Of a DNA stretch of 64,000 bases, positions 27,201-42,000 are shown one piece after another. This DNA comes from Hormiphora californensis (taxonomy: Eukaryota > Animalia > Ctenophora). The translations under genes and the position numbers were made by a program. Location of the stretch: the NCBI GenBank assembly GCA_020137815.1, contig CM035352.1, positions 7,812,001-7,876,000 of the forward strand, read 5' to 3'. The notes under the pieces were generated by a model. That model searched no databases. It worked only from the letters and a program-made list of their open reading frames with translations, and was not told the origin of the DNA. Position 1 is the first letter of the stretch, and every line of letters starts with the position of its first letter.

Positions 27201-29444
27201 CTAGCAGGGTCTTGTACCAGTAGCAGGCGGGGTTACCGATACACAATCGCGTCTTGGCAAGGTATGACATGGCATTGATGATGTTAGAGAAGACATCGTA
27301 TTGGCCATCAGCTGTGAGGAGGAGGGCATCAATGATGTCGTACACCATTAGGATATCGTACGGGCCTGTACAGGACAGTGTTAAATAAGGAGTCAACAAG
27401 CAGGGCATGCAGGATATGTGAGATGTTGAAAAGAGGTATTGTACTTTAGGATGACCTATTTCTCTATAGATGTGACTTTCAAGTGAGGGGGAGTACAGTA
27501 TAAAGGTGGGGTATGAGGTGCTGTAAAAGTATATTTCTAATACCTAGATGTGATGTGGTGCCACTATTTATCAATCTGGAGAGTTCAGAAGACGCCGTGA
27601 TGACATCCAGGTCCCCATACGCTATGGAATGGAGAAGGACCTCAAGGTCATGACTTGAGAGTGTGTGAAGACACTCTGTCGTATTGGGTTCGCTCCAAGA
27701 TTGGTTCCCCCTACAGACTCGAGTTATACTCCTCTCAGGGCCTCCTTCTTCTTCGACATCGTATTCGTGAACTGAATAATATATTATGTGCATGTCGAAT
27801 AGCAGATTACATTACAGTTTTAACGTTTTCAAGAGAGGTCTTGTTTACAAGAGATCAGACTTCTAGAGACTGTACACGTTGATTCTAATTCTCCAGACTC
27901 AATGGCTCATGAGTGACTCGGTATTAGAGTTACCTATGGCTAAGAGTTACTAATCACCACACCACAACATACTCACCGTTATCACAAGGAATTGAAAGAG
28001 TCACATTATCAGTCAGGGTAGTTCCATACCATTCCTGCTCTCCAAAGACAGGGTTATGAACTATCTGATACGGACAATAGTTGATCCCGGTACAGGAGGA
28101 TGGAATGAGGTGACAGTAAGTGACATCACCACACGTGCTGGATAGGCCTGAACTCCAGGTACCTTCCGGACACATCTCACACTGGCTAGTGGTAGTGTTG
28201 ACAAAGTAGTCGTCTGAACATCGATCTGGGGAGCAGAGGGCGAATGTGTGAATCTGAGAGAATGTGAATCAAATCGTCCCATACAAGATGAAGAAGTGTT
28301 TTGATTATTCTGAAACTTTTGGGTTTCAGAATAATCAAAACTCTGTCAGCTATCCGAACAAAATGAATAATGAACATTGGTTGTGGATTTACAATTTACC
28401 TTTATAGAAGAGAGTGGTGCTGCCTGTAGTGAGGTTACTGAAATCAACTGTAACATTGCTCAGGTCTAGAGATTGTGCATCAAGTTGAAGTCCTACCAGC
28501 CCCTCAACCATCACAATAAACTGAAGATAAACAGAGCCTGGTTTTAAATCAATATAGCGATAATCAGCTGTCACTGGTTGTAAGGGATTCTCCAAAGGGG
28601 ATAAATTGGAGATTCTCTAATTTCAACCCTTACTCAGCAGTCAGGTCACTAGCTCTATAAAGTAACTCAACAATTGTCACTCATCATGACTAATATTATT
28701 TATGTTGAACTAGAAGTATAGTGGAACAAAAACATACCGTTTCATTTTGTACCGCAAAAGAAAACGAAGTAATGAAGTCGTCAAAGTCATCTAGGGGAAC
28801 ACTAATGGTTGTTTCTGTTTTTGCACTTCCGGTCACCGACAGTACTACTTCTATCCAATGATCGGACCATGTTTTAATCCACTCAACCGACCTGATAAAT
28901 GAACATTTGATAATGAACATTCGTATTTGATAGATTACAATGTCCCTAACGGGGGCCGCTGTGGGGGACAGCGGGATGTAATCTGTCATGGAGAGTGTCA
29001 AGATAAGAAACCCGCTAGGGAATGTTCAAATGACTTACAGTGTTGATCCAAAGTCTATGGTGGTCACGTGATGCCCATATATGGTGATGTGTGTCACGTG
29101 ATGCCCATATATGGTCAAATGACTTACAGAGTCGATCCAAAGTCTATGGTGGTAAAGTAGGAATCATTCCTGGAGAAAACCGGGACAACAACAATCAGAC
29201 CAGAGTTTAAATCAATCTTCTCGCACTCTGAGATTGAGCAGTTCTCTGTTGATAATATTTCCCCAGGTGAGTATACTACTGCCCCTGAAACATAATATAT
29301 ACTGATCAACAAATCGAACACAATTCAAATCGAGCACTTGATCCAAATACTTAAAAGGAAAAACAATGTCATGAAGGTGAGGTACATACCATGACAAGTT
29401 GAAAGAAGAAGTGAGGTGAAATAAAGGACATCCCATAATCTCAT
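22446..29444 (-). CDS. Adhesion-class (family B2) GPCR: signal peptide, extracellular region, HormR-like, GAIN/GPS, 7TM; multi-exon
   Basis: Signal exon 29444-29390 (MRLWDVLYFTSLLLSTCH|G). HormR-like RVCRGNQSWSEPNTTECL (~27660-27730). GAIN-like AVASIIVSVG..TTLYFKM (~26210-26300). GPS WSIEGC..VHCECSSASQSFAVLA (25751-25650). TM1 exon 25448-25336, TM2 25041-24960, TM3-4 24139-23956, TM6-like ~22770-22700, TM7-end-like GVCVFLRYF to stop at 22446. The TM4-TM7 exons are not cleanly resolved. Confidence 0.75.
23250..23431 (-). mobile_element. Inverted copy of the 2934-3115 CAC-terminated element
   Basis: Reverse complement matches 2934-3115 over ~180 bp. Confidence 0.8.
24213..24292. repeat. (AG)n microsatellite
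   Basis: Pure dinucleotide run. Confidence 0.95.
25211..25318. mobile_element. ~108-bp MITE (AGGAACCGA TIR)
   Basis: CAGGAACCGATCGAATCA...TGGTTCGGTCGGTTCCT inverted ends, two internal GATTGGCTG. Confidence 0.7.
25578..25637. mobile_element. Mutator-like MITE (TTGGTGACA TIR, 9-bp TSD)
   Basis: GAAGGAACA flanks both sides. Confidence 0.85.
26397..26437. mobile_element. Internally deleted CTGTCA-family MITE abutting an aGPCR exon
   Basis: GAGAACTGTGGTCAGAGCATTGGCATGACAG nearly identical to 1040-1070. Confidence 0.75.
26760..26823. repeat. 12-bp tandem repeat
   Basis: GATATGAGATCT x5. Confidence 0.9.
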
Positions 29445-30021
29445 GATATATCAAAGGAGCGTCCTCGTTTTTGCATAACTCTGTCTCAGCCCTTTCGCGG
29501 CACAATCTTTATCTATAAACAGAGAGCTAATAAAATAGTAATACAGTGCATCGCAGTATACGAGACTCTAACGGCTAAATGATAGATGTGGAGAGAGAAA
29601 AGAGAAACTAAGAAAGGAACGAAGGATAGTAAAGAGAAATGGATTATAAAAAGTATATGTACATGGAATCATGAAACTATCTGCCGACTGATGTTTTAAA
29701 TGTACATCTCAACGAAATGCCGACTACATCTCAAGAAAAGGATCATAAGTCACAACGTACAGGCTGGTGTCGCAACATATAGTATCATCAATATAAGCAT
29801 GTTGATATTATTAGCATTATTATACACACTCTCTATGACGTATCTGACTCCGTGGTGTGACTCTGAGTGTGAGGAAATGGTACAACCGCACAAAATCGGA
29901 TATCTAACTTTAGTAGCATACATGAGATGCAGAGCAGCATGTGGAGCATGTAGAGCCGATTATATTATTTATAAGTAATACATACTTACAGGATATTATT
30001 AGTTGTGACACTCACACTGAC

Positions 30022-30093
30022 TTGGTGACATAGACACCGTGCGCGACCAAGATTGAGCTCGATCTCGCACGCACTAGGTGTCAATGTCACCAA
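30022..30093. mobile_element. Mutator-like MITE, 72 bp, 9-bp TSD
   Basis: TTGGTGACATAGACACC...GGTGTCAATGTCACCAA flanked by CACACTGAC on both sides. Confidence 0.9.
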
Positions 30094-30386
30094 CACACTG
30101 ACATGATAATTATTACAAAATGATACAAAATGTGGGATGGGATCTTATCAACTAGTCAATAAAAACTCTGGCAAACCTCCATGGATAAAGATCCCTAACT
30201 AAACTCTATAGACCTCTAACTAGTTGCATTAGAGATTTGACTTGCGACGCTAGCTCTACAGGTGACTAAATGCATAACCGGCTCATACACTGACACAGAG
30301 AGAGAGTACACACAAGCAATGATGCTATGTTAAAGGGAGAGAGTGTGAGGGAGGAAGAGTGTTAGAGGGAGAGCCGGTCATGCAGG

Positions 30387-30960
<574 letters not shown>

Positions 30961-31503
30961 TCTCTCTCCCTCTCCTGCTTCTTCTCAGTATAGACTGCTG
31001 CAGCTCTCTCTATATTGCAGCAGTTTCATTTCAGCGTGTCTATTTCTTACCCTATACCTCTCTTTCTCTCTCCATACCAAGTCCAACAGTTTTGTTTTGG
31101 TCTACAACCCTCAGACTAAAACTCTTTTATCTGCCAATGTGCATTTTCAAGTAGAGCAATGTCCATAATTCAACAATATATCCAACATATCAAACATGTA
31201 GACTGTAGAGCCAAGTCTAACGATATGTTGAAGTTGGTTTGCATTTATATAGTCGTTTGGCATGAACGGCTATAGTAAATGCAAACTAACTATCAAATCT
31301 AGGAGATACAGCGCTGTATTTTGCCATCATGGATTCATGGACACAATAGAACATTGAGGATATAAATATAGTAATAGCTAAATATAAAGTCATTGAAGGT
31401 TGTATTTCCCTCTTCTCTCATTTTCTACCAACTTCAGAGATTGTATTTTCCTTTCTAACGAAAATTACGGGGAGACTCTCGCAGTCTTTGTGCCTGCCTC
31501 AAT

Positions 31504-31722
31504 GGGGGAAAACAGTCGTGCCTGAATCTCATGTTCAGGTCACGGTTATATTTACCCATGAGACCTCAGGTCTCAGGGCTGTTCTTGGCTATTTCCTGAA
31601 AATTTTTCTCAGGGATCACTAAAATTTTCAGTGAAAATCTTAGTGACCCCTGAGACCTTAGGTCTCAGGATTAGTAAATAGTCCTGACCTGAACCTGAGA
31701 TTCAGGCACGACTGTTTTCCCC
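31504..31722. mobile_element. MITE with GGGG...CCCC termini, possible 3-bp TSD
   Basis: GGGGAAAACAGTCGTGCCTGAATCTCA / TGAGATTCAGGCACGACTGTTTTCCCC; AAT on both sides. Confidence 0.8.
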
Positions 31723-32094
31723 AATACATCATGAGGTCCCGTAACCACGGAGCTGCCTGGCTGATGCTTCTGACAGGGTGGTCCTCCTGTTTTAGTATAT
31801 ATATTAGCACTGTCACCTCCTGTTTTAGTAGATATTAGCACTGTCACCTCCTGTTTTAGTAGATATTAGCACTGTCACCTTATCTCCTGTTTTATATTTC
31901 AGGGAGAACGTGAGAGTGTTCGACTTGTACAATGTACAATGTACAATGTACAATGTACAATGTGAAACAGTCAACTTTGGTGAACTATTGTTGACAGGAT
32001 TCTCAACCCACTTTGTTAGGTAAGTTTGGGTGAATTGTCATTTATTTCTCAGTCCAACGATGTAGACGGGAACAAGTTACACATACACTTAACA

Positions 32095-32244
32095 CTGGGA
32101 CAGGAACGATTGACACACAGGCCGGGCCCACACAGACAGACAGACAGAAAGACAGGAACTGCCATACACTGGGACAGGAACGATTGACACACAGGCCCAC
32201 ACACACAAACAGACAGACAGAAAGACAGACAGAAAGACAGACAT

Positions 32245-32277
<33 letters not shown>

Positions 32278-32451
32278 AAGACAGACAGAAAGACAGGAAC
32301 TGCCATACACTGGGACAGGAACGATTGACACACAGGCCCACACACACAAACAGACAGACAGACAGAAAGACAGACAGAAAGACAGGCAGACAGACAGACA
32401 GACAGAAAGACAGACAGAAAGACATACAGACAGACAGACAGACAGGCAGGC

Positions 32452-32528
<77 letters not shown>

Positions 32529-32533
32529 GGAAC
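32095..32533. repeat. (CAGA)n microsatellite within larger tandem duplications
   Basis: ACACTGGGACAGGAACGATTGACACACAGG x3 interleaved with GACA runs. Confidence 0.9.
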
Positions 32534-33073
32534 AACTACAAGTGAGATTGCAGCAGTAGTAAGCACATTGAAATGGTCAAGGTTAACAGCTTCAGCTAGA
32601 GAACTATTCAAGAGAGATTTGCTGCAATTCAATGTGCTTACGTTTTGACAAAGGAAAATGGTGCTAATTTTAAGTCGGAATTTTCAAAGTTGGGAGAGGG
32701 ATTGTGGTATATTTACACGATATACTATATATAATTATATATATGTGTGATAATAAATAAGAAAACGTGATTATCTCTCATGCCGTATATATATAATAGT
32801 GTAGCCCATCCCTATAGTTGTGACTCCTTTCTCATCTCTCTCAATAAGATCCCCGATCTTGAGTCGCCTGACACTGTGTCCACGACACTTATAAAAAATA
32901 AAAGTATGAAAAATTCAAGATCCCTCCCACTTTTGAGTCTTTCTAATACCCCGGTCACAAAGGAAAGTGTCTTTAAAAAAGCTAAGGCGTCCTCCGAAAC
33001 GTCCCTGTATAATAATAGCTGAGTGCAAGTTGAGTTGACCCCTTACTCAACAAGTGTGATGAATTGTATTTAT

Positions 33074-36000
33074 CTAGGCGCAGGCGTTGCATGGCCTCTC
33101 TGAACCAGTCGTCTCCACGTCCAGGAACTTTTGTATAGGGTCATCACCGCAATCCAATGTCTGACGAGGGGAGAGATGGTTAGTTTCTGAAGTGGAGAGA
33201 AGGGGGAGAAGGATACTGGCATGGTTCAACCACATGTGTCATTTCAGTTATACAGTGGGGTTACGGTTATCGAGCCTGTTACTAAATTGACAAATTGTAT
33301 ACAAACAGTATTGACCGGGTACCTCCTCCCCTCTCGGGGACCTACCTTAGTAAATGAGCTGTAATCCCCCACGTCTGCCTGTACTTGATATTGAACATCG
33401 TAAATAAACCCGTCACAGGATCCCTCATTATCGGGCAGACACTTCTTCTCCCAACCCGTAGGAACACAACCAACTGGGAAGAAGGGTGGTTAAAATGGAG
33501 CGGGGGTAGTGGTTAAATGGGCAAGGATAAAAGGGTGGGAATGTGATCGATAGAGAAACTGAGGGGTATTTTGTCACGTAAAATGAGAGCCGGGGAAATG
33601 TTTCCACTCATCTAGCACTATACATTGTCAACTTGATGCGGATGTTGATAGGGACCCCTAAAACATCGTCATAGTGTAAATTTTGATCATGCTACTTCTC
33701 GCTCCTTAGAGAGTGCATTGACCTTGTAAGAGATCGTGATTGTTACATGCAAAACACATGGTCAGAGCAACCGGGATTTAGTAGGGTGACATTGACACTC
33801 TGGGAGAGAGGGGCGATGTTTTACAGTCAAAACGACCCATTTTAAAATCCATGTAGAGAAAAAACTTTTCATAAAATTGGGGTGTTTTTTTACAGTTTTC
33901 CACTCCAAATACCTATCTGAAGACCCTAGTGAAGTCCGCTTAGTGTACATTTTTCATCCGAGGTTAAACTTTGTTCAGGCACGGGGTGGGGAGGAGAGGA
34001 GAGGGGGTTGTTTAGGGGAGAGGGGAGAGGGGAGGGTTGTTTAGAAGGGAGGGGAAGGGGGATTAATTGACAAACTAATTACACAACTAATCAACTAATT
34101 AACTAATTAACTCACGTTCATCATCAGCCCAGATATCATCTGACTCAGTCACAATGACTCCATACTCATTACAATCACAAGCCTGGCAACCCCGGGAACT
34201 GATACCCCACGTCCCCTCTCTACATCTGTCACACCTTGTACCCTGGACATTTGGAGCACACGTGCACCTTCCCCTGTTGTCACACTCCCCATCAACCGCT
34301 CCCGCACCGCAGTTGCAATCTGTAAAGATATGAGAGTGGGGGATTGGGATAATAAAATGAGAGAAAGAATTAGAATTGAAATCTGTCGAATTGAGAGGAG
34401 GATTTAGAATGAGACTCTCATTGAGAGGAGCACAGATCTGATCATGCTGAACGAGAGGTGTGCAGCTCTCCATAGTTAACACATACCGATACACCGGCCG
34501 CTCCTCTGGTAGGTACCACTGGGGCAACTGTAACAAGTCCGGGGGTCCAGATAACCAGACCCGGTACAGGGGCACTGCCCAGTTCGCTTGTTGCACACTT
34601 CCGAGGCACTACCAATGGGGTCACACTCGCACGGCACACATTCAGAACCACTGTAGTAATAGCCATCCATACACTGGTCGCAGTACACACCTGGGAGTGG
34701 TGATATGGTTAGTTATGTGGTAAAGAAAGGGTTTATAGGTTGAAGAAAATAACTGAACTTTAGTTGTAAATATTCGGGCTAAAATTTAAACAAAAAAGGG
34801 GTATTGTTCTGAGATCGACCTACCTTCGTACCCTTCCTTACAGTCGCATTGCCCACTCATATTATCACACACTCCACTGTGAGATCCACTATTAGAACAC
34901 CTGCAGGGTTCACAGAGCCCATCCCTAAAGTAGGTTCCATCCCCACACTCCTCACACCTCCTGCCCTCTACCACCTGGCCCTCTGGGCACGTCTCACAGG
35001 TAGCGGGGTCCACAAAGTCTAACCCACTCTTACACAGACAGTGCCCGTTACTGTCACATCTGTCAGTGTAGCCCATAGTGTTTTCTAGCACGCAGTTACA
35101 GGGTTGACACTCGTCAGATCCGACTGGCATGTAGTAGGATTCAACGCAGTTCTGACACTTGACACCCACGTGTTGCGGGTCACATTCACATTCACCAGTG
35201 AAGGGGTCACATATCAGGGAGAGAGAGCCACGTGGGTTACACTTACAGTCTGGAGAGGGAAATAAGGGGGTTACACTTACTGCGACTAATTACTACTACT
35301 AATTACTGCCACTAACTACTACTAGTTACTACTAATTACTACTACTAATTACTACTACTAATTACTGCTACTAATTACTACATGCCGCTACTCACCCTCG
35401 CATTGTCCCAGTTCATAATAAGTCCCCTCTTCACAGCTGACACACTTGTTATTTTGGGAGATGTACCCCTCGTCGCATGGGGCACACCGTCCCCTCTCTA
35501 AGATGTGGTTGTCAGGACACTGTTCACACGTCCTTTCATCCAGCAGGTATCTAGAAGAGAGATGTGTGATGTGAACCGGCTCCTTCATAAAACTATTCAA
35601 AATTTCTATACCCGCACTCACAGATATATGTGCTCCTTTATAAAACCAAACAATATCTCCTTCATAAAATCAACCAATACCCTCCTTCACTCACAGATAT
35701 GTGATACAATCACACTGTCCACTGATCCCATCACAGGGGTAATCCATATAGGAGTTGAGAGGATCGCAGGCACATTCCTGGCACGTCTCCCCAAAGTAGC
35801 CCTCGATACACTTTTCACAGGCGCCCCCCTCGTACAGAGTCCTGCACTCACAGGAGCCGGTAACCCTGTTACATGTGGCCGTACCCGCTTCAGAGCAGCC
35901 ACAATCTGAGGGGAGGGGTATAGGAGAGTTAGAGGGTACGATTATACGACAGGGGTAATGTTTGATGATGACGAGTTGTTTTTGTTGATGTCAAATAGAG

Positions 36001-39000
36001 ATAAAATACAGGACATCAGATATTACACTAACCTACACAGACTCCCTGCCACTCATAACTCCCCTCAGGACATGGTTGACAGATATTGCCCTGTAGAACA
36101 GTACCCGGTTCACACTGAACACAGCGACCTCTCTCCAACCTGTGTAGTGAGAATGAAAGTTGTCATCACGCGTGAAATATGACGTCACGCGTGAGATATG
36201 ACGTCACGTGGTATCACATGTCACGTGGTATCACGTGTCACGTCTCCACCAACCTGTGCTGGTCAGGACACCTCTCACAGGTCCTGGGGTCCAGGTAGAA
36301 TGAGAAGGAGGGACAATCACACTGACCACTCTCCTTATCACACACTGGATCTGATCCAACACACTGACAAGCATCACAGTTGTCACCATAGTAACCATCA
36401 GCACAGACAGTACATTGTCGGTCCTCGTAGTTGTCGGGACAGTCACACTGTCCCGTAATGACGTCACAGGTTCCGTCATATGCAGCAGGACCACAGTTAC
36501 ATCTTGTACATTCTCTACCGTAGTAACCCTCCTGTGGGGGGGGGGCGGTGTTAACATTACCCTGGTAACCATGGTAACTAAATCTAGTAACCAAGAAATA
36601 TGGTAACCATTGTATGGTATGTATTTAACTTTAGTAACCAAGAAACATGGTTACCTTGGTGACCAAGAAACATGGTAACCCTGGTAACTAAGATCCCTTA
36701 CCGCACACTCAGTACAGGCATCCCCGGTAAACCCTGTAGCACAGGTGCAGTCTCCAGTCCTCACGTCACATGATGTAGTTCCCGCGTCTTCAGGGTTACA
36801 CTGGCACTCTAGTGGGGTGGTAATTTGTTAGGAGAGGAGGTTAGGGTTTACACTGGTCACTGACACTCCATTGGAGGGATCTCGAGGGTCATTACCCCAA
36901 TACCCTATAATTATCAATTAGGGTAATTACTAAGTATTAATTAGGGTAATTACTAAGTATTAATTAATTACCTGTACACTGATAGTTATCAAAGAAGGTT
37001 CCCTCCAGACAGTATCTACAGGTACTACCTGTGATGACCTGATACTCAGGACAAACCTTACATGTCCTCTCGTCAACATAGGGCCTGTCACCTGGAGAGA
37101 GAGAGAGAGGATATCAGGGATATGAATAGTCACTGGAACTACCGAGAGCATAAAACTATGATAACCATATCTGTTACCATTGAAACAGGAGCAACAAGAA
37201 CTCACCCCTGCAGGGACACTGCCCATAGGAATCACACCGGCCATGTCGACTGTGGTCTGGATCACACCCACATTCAACACACAACCTTCCCTTCTTGTAG
37301 TACCCTGCCTGATAGAGAGAGAGATTGTTATCAAGTTTGTTACAACTTACAGAAGTGTGGTTACCATGGTTACTATTTATTACAGAAGGGTGTCACGGTA
37401 AATACCATTTATAATCGGTAAAAACCTTCTCACTTTGACCAACCTAATCTCTAAAAACTTTCCCATTTGGACCCAACTAATCTCTAAGAAAATTTCCCAC
37501 CTTAACCCTCCTAATCTCTAAGAAACTTTTCCACTTTGACCCACCTAATCTCTAAGAAACTTTGTCACTTTGATCTACCTTATCTCTAAGAAACTTTCCC
37601 ACTTTTACCCACCTAATCTCTAAGAAAATTTCCCACTTTGACCCACCTAATCTCTTAGAAACATTCCCATTCTGACCCACCTAATCTCTAAGAAACTTTC
37701 TCACTTTGACCCACCTTATCTCTAAGAAACCTTCTCACTTTGACCCACCTTATCTCTAAGAAACCTTCTCACTTTGACCCACCTTATCTCTAAGAAACCT
37801 TCTCACTTTGACCCACCTTATCTCTAAGAAACCTTCTCACTTTGACCCACCTTATCTCTAAGAAACCTTCTCACTTTGACCCACCTTATCTCTAAGAAAC
37901 CTTCTCACTTTGACCCACCTTATCTCTAAGAAACCTTCTCACTTTGACCCACCTTATCTCTAAGAAACCTTCTCACTTTGACCCACCTTATCTCTAAGAA
38001 ACCTTCTCACTTTGACCCACCTTATCTTTAAGAAACCGTCTCACTTTGACCCACCTTATCTCTAAGAAACCTTCTCACTTTGACCCACCTTATCTCTAAG
38101 GAACCTTCTCACTTTGACCCACCTTATCTCTAAGAAACCTTCTCACTTTGACCCACCTTATCTCTAAGAAACCTTCTCACTTTGACCCACCTTATCTTTA
38201 AGAAACCGTCTCACTTTGACCCACCTTATCTCTAAGAAACCTTCTCACTTTGACCCACCTTATCTCTAAGAAACCTTCTCACTTTGACCCACCTTATCTC
38301 TAAGAAACCTTCTCACTTTGACCCACCTTATCTCTAAGAAACCTTCTCACTTTGACCCACCTTATCTCTAAGAAACCTTCTCACTTTGACCCACCTTATC
38401 TCTAAGAAACCTTCTCACTTTGACCCACCTTATCTCTAAGAAACCTTCTCACTTTGACCCACCTTATCTCTAAGAAACTTTCTCACTTTGACCCACCTTA
38501 TCTCTAAGAAACCTTCTCACTTTGACCCACCTTATCTCTAAGAAACCTTCTCACTTTGACCCACCTTATCTCTAAGAAACCTTCTCACTTTGACCCACCT
38601 TATCTCTAAGAAAATTTCCCATTTTAACCCACCTAATCTCTAAGAAACTATGGTAACATTTACCTCACAAGAGTCACATTTATCGCCGGTGTAACCCGCT
38701 TCACAGTCGCACACTCCAGTAATACTGTCACAGGTCTGGTCAACAGATCCCACTACACTACACTCACAACCTGGGGGAGGGGGACATGTCATTTCAACGA
38801 ATCTAAATAACTGGTTTAGATAATGTTGATGATATAATGGTACAGTCGGACCCCGATTTAGTGGCCCCCGATTTAGTGGCACCCCGATTTAGTGGCAGGA
38901 TTTTTTTCCCCCAAAAATTTTTTTTGATTTTTTTTGAAAATTTTTCAAAGGAATACCAGCCACGTCCGAATCGTGTTTCGAATCAGTGAATCTTATCACA

Positions 39001-42000
39001 TGTCCTGCTGCTAATTAGACGGTTTGGAACGAACCGATATATGATCCCCATGGGGGCCATTGAATCATAAGTTCACCAAGCGTCAAAATTTCGATTCGAT
39101 GGGGATCACGTTTCGATTCGTTCCGAACCGTCTAATTAGCAGCAGGAAATGCGATAAGATGCACCGATTCGAAACACGATTCGGACGTGGCTGGTATACC
39201 TTTAAAAAATTTAAAACTTTTTTTGCAAAATTTTACAGTACGATTGTCAATGCTTTGATCAGTGCTCCCCATAAATTTTGAGAGAAAAAGTTATTTTGAA
39301 ATTTTGATACTTCCTCACCCGCTTAGGGTGCCCCGATTTGGCATGGTATCACGTATCGGTTCGTTTCGAACCGTCTAATTAGCAACAGGACATGCGATAA
39401 GATGCACTGATTCGAAAAACGATTCGGACGGGCTGGTATAACTTAGAAAATTTTTCACAATTTTTTTGAAAAATTTATTTGATAGTTTTCTATTTCTAAT
39501 CAGAAATGATCATGTAATCAATACATAAATATTGCATATAACAGTTAGAGGTGTCTTTAGTCTTAGTATAGCATTTTGGGCATAAAATAGGTTTTTATGG
39601 GCCAAATATGGCTCGCCCCGATTTAGTGGCACCCCGATTTAGTGGCAGGATTTCTTTCCCCCGAGGATGCCACTAAATCGGGGTCCGACTGTAGTTGATA
39701 GGCCATTACAACACTGAGTCATTGTTGCTGGAACAACAAAATGTTGGTATTCCCAAAGGGAAGAACAGGAAATCTGTCACTTACTAGCACAAACACCATC
39801 TCTCAGGTAGGATTCATCTGGACAGTAGTTGCACTGGTTGTTCTCAATGAATGACCCTTCTGGACACTTTTCGCACTGCCCGTCTCTTACCACCTGACCA
39901 AGACAGGGTGGGTTGAACGGGGGGACGGTGGTGGGATGTATAGCAAGACAGGATCGGTTTTATATCAAGGGGAGAGGGATGTATACTTTGTATAGTAAGG
40001 CGACGTGCTTTAACAAACAAATCAGGAGAAACTGTCATGTATAACTGAGATAGTTAGATATGGTGATGACCATAAAAACACAGGCCTACCTCTGGGCTTG
40101 CCAGCACAGTAATTACCACCCATGACTTACAAGGTTTTCAGGGCAGGTATCGCACGTTCTGGGATCCTTGTAGTAGGCAATGGATGTATCACAAGGGCAC
40201 TGTCCTGTCCTCTCATCACATTGACTATCCTGACTAGTCTCAGGATTACAGTTACATGCCTCACACTCTCCAGAGGCAGAGGAACGGTAGAAGTTCTCCT
40301 GGGAATGGGAGGGGGAGAGGGGGTGAAGTTAGGGAGACTGAAAGATAGAGAGGGGAAGACTGAAAGGGACTCCCGGGAGGGAGGTATAGTTCATTGTTGA
40401 TCAAGGATCATGTTGATAAAATGACGGTTTAGTGTCTGTCATCCAAATGAGGGTGCAGTAGTGTTTGACAGTGGGTAAGTTGCAAATAAGGGTAGTCTGA
40501 CAGTGTCCTTCAAATGAGGGTGCTGCAGTATTCACCTGGCAGTGCTCACAGCGGGGTCCCCTGTAGTTATCGAGACAGGCACACTCTCCAGATACAGGAT
40601 TACACACATTATCCACGGACCCAACCCCGTCACACTCGCATTCTGAAAGGAATTCAGGGTTTGTAAGAGTTCTAGAGAGCTCTCCGAACTCTTCCTCCCT
40701 GCCTCCGATAATGATCTGTAGGGACTGCAACGCTTTACCGAATTCCAATGGAGCTACGTACAAGTAGGGCAGTAACAATTCTAAACGAGGTACCTTGGCA
40801 AGAACCGTCCCTGAACCAGGTTCCATCTTGACAGTAGGTACATCTGTTGTCCTCAACAAAGGATCCTGCAGGACACCGTCTACACTCCCCATTAACCAAC
40901 ACCTGTAGAAAGTATAGTAGAGGTACCACTGTCTGAACATTGGCCTGACAGGGTTACCATGGAAACATGGGGTTACATCAGCTGTGGTTCGTAACCACTG
41001 GTTACACATTCAAGCATCCATGTGCCCCCATCCTAACCCCTGTGCCCCCTCCCTAGCCGCTATGTCCCCACCCCTGTGCCCCCTTCCAGCCCCCCATGTG
41101 TTCCCCCTTTCTTACACTGTCATCCCCCCATGTGTTCCCCCTTTCTTACACTGTCATCCCCCCATGTGTTCCCCCTTTCTTACACTGTCATCCCCCCATG
41201 TGTTCCCCCTTTCTTACACTGTCATCCCCCCATGTGTTCCCCATTTCTTACACTGTCATCCCCCCATCTGTTCCCCCTTTCTTACACTGTCACCCCCCAT
41301 GTGTTCCCCATTTCTTACACTGTCATCCCCCCATCTGTTCCCCCTTTCTTACACTGTCATCCCCCCATGTGTTCCCCCTTTCTTACACTGTCATCCCCCC
41401 ATGTGTTCCCCCTTTCTTACACTGTCAGCCCCCCATGTGTTCCCCATGTGTTCCCCCTTTCTTACACTGTCATCCCCCCATGTGTTCCCCCTTTCTTACA
41501 CTGTCATCCCCCCATGTGTTCCCTATTTCTTACACTGTCATCCCCACATGTGTTCCCCCTTTCTTACACTGTCATCCCCCCATGTGTTCCCCATTTCTTA
41601 CACTGTCATCCCCCCATGTGTTCCCCCTTTCTTACACTGTCATCCCCCCATGTGTTCCCCCTTTCTTACACTGTCATCCCCCCATGTGTTCCCTATTTCT
41701 TACACTGTCATCCCCACATGTGTTCCCCCTTTCTTACACTGTCATCCCCCCATGTGTTCCCCATTTCTTACACTGTCATCCCCCCATGTGTCCCCCTTTC
41801 TTACACTGTCATCCCCCCATGTGTTCCCCCTTTCTTACACTGTCATCCCCCCATGTGTTCCCCCTTTCTTACACTGTCATCCCCCATGTGTTCCCCCTTT
41901 CTTACACTGTCATCCCCCCATGTGTTCCCCCTTTCTTACACTGTCATCCCCCCATGTGTTCCCCCTTTCTTACACTGTCATCCCCCCATGTGTTCCCCCT

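Noticed and set aside
33074-33473. C-terminal cystine knot in gene B (GCVPT...C.AC)
   Set aside because: Better explained by alignment to the TSP1-like tail of gene A.
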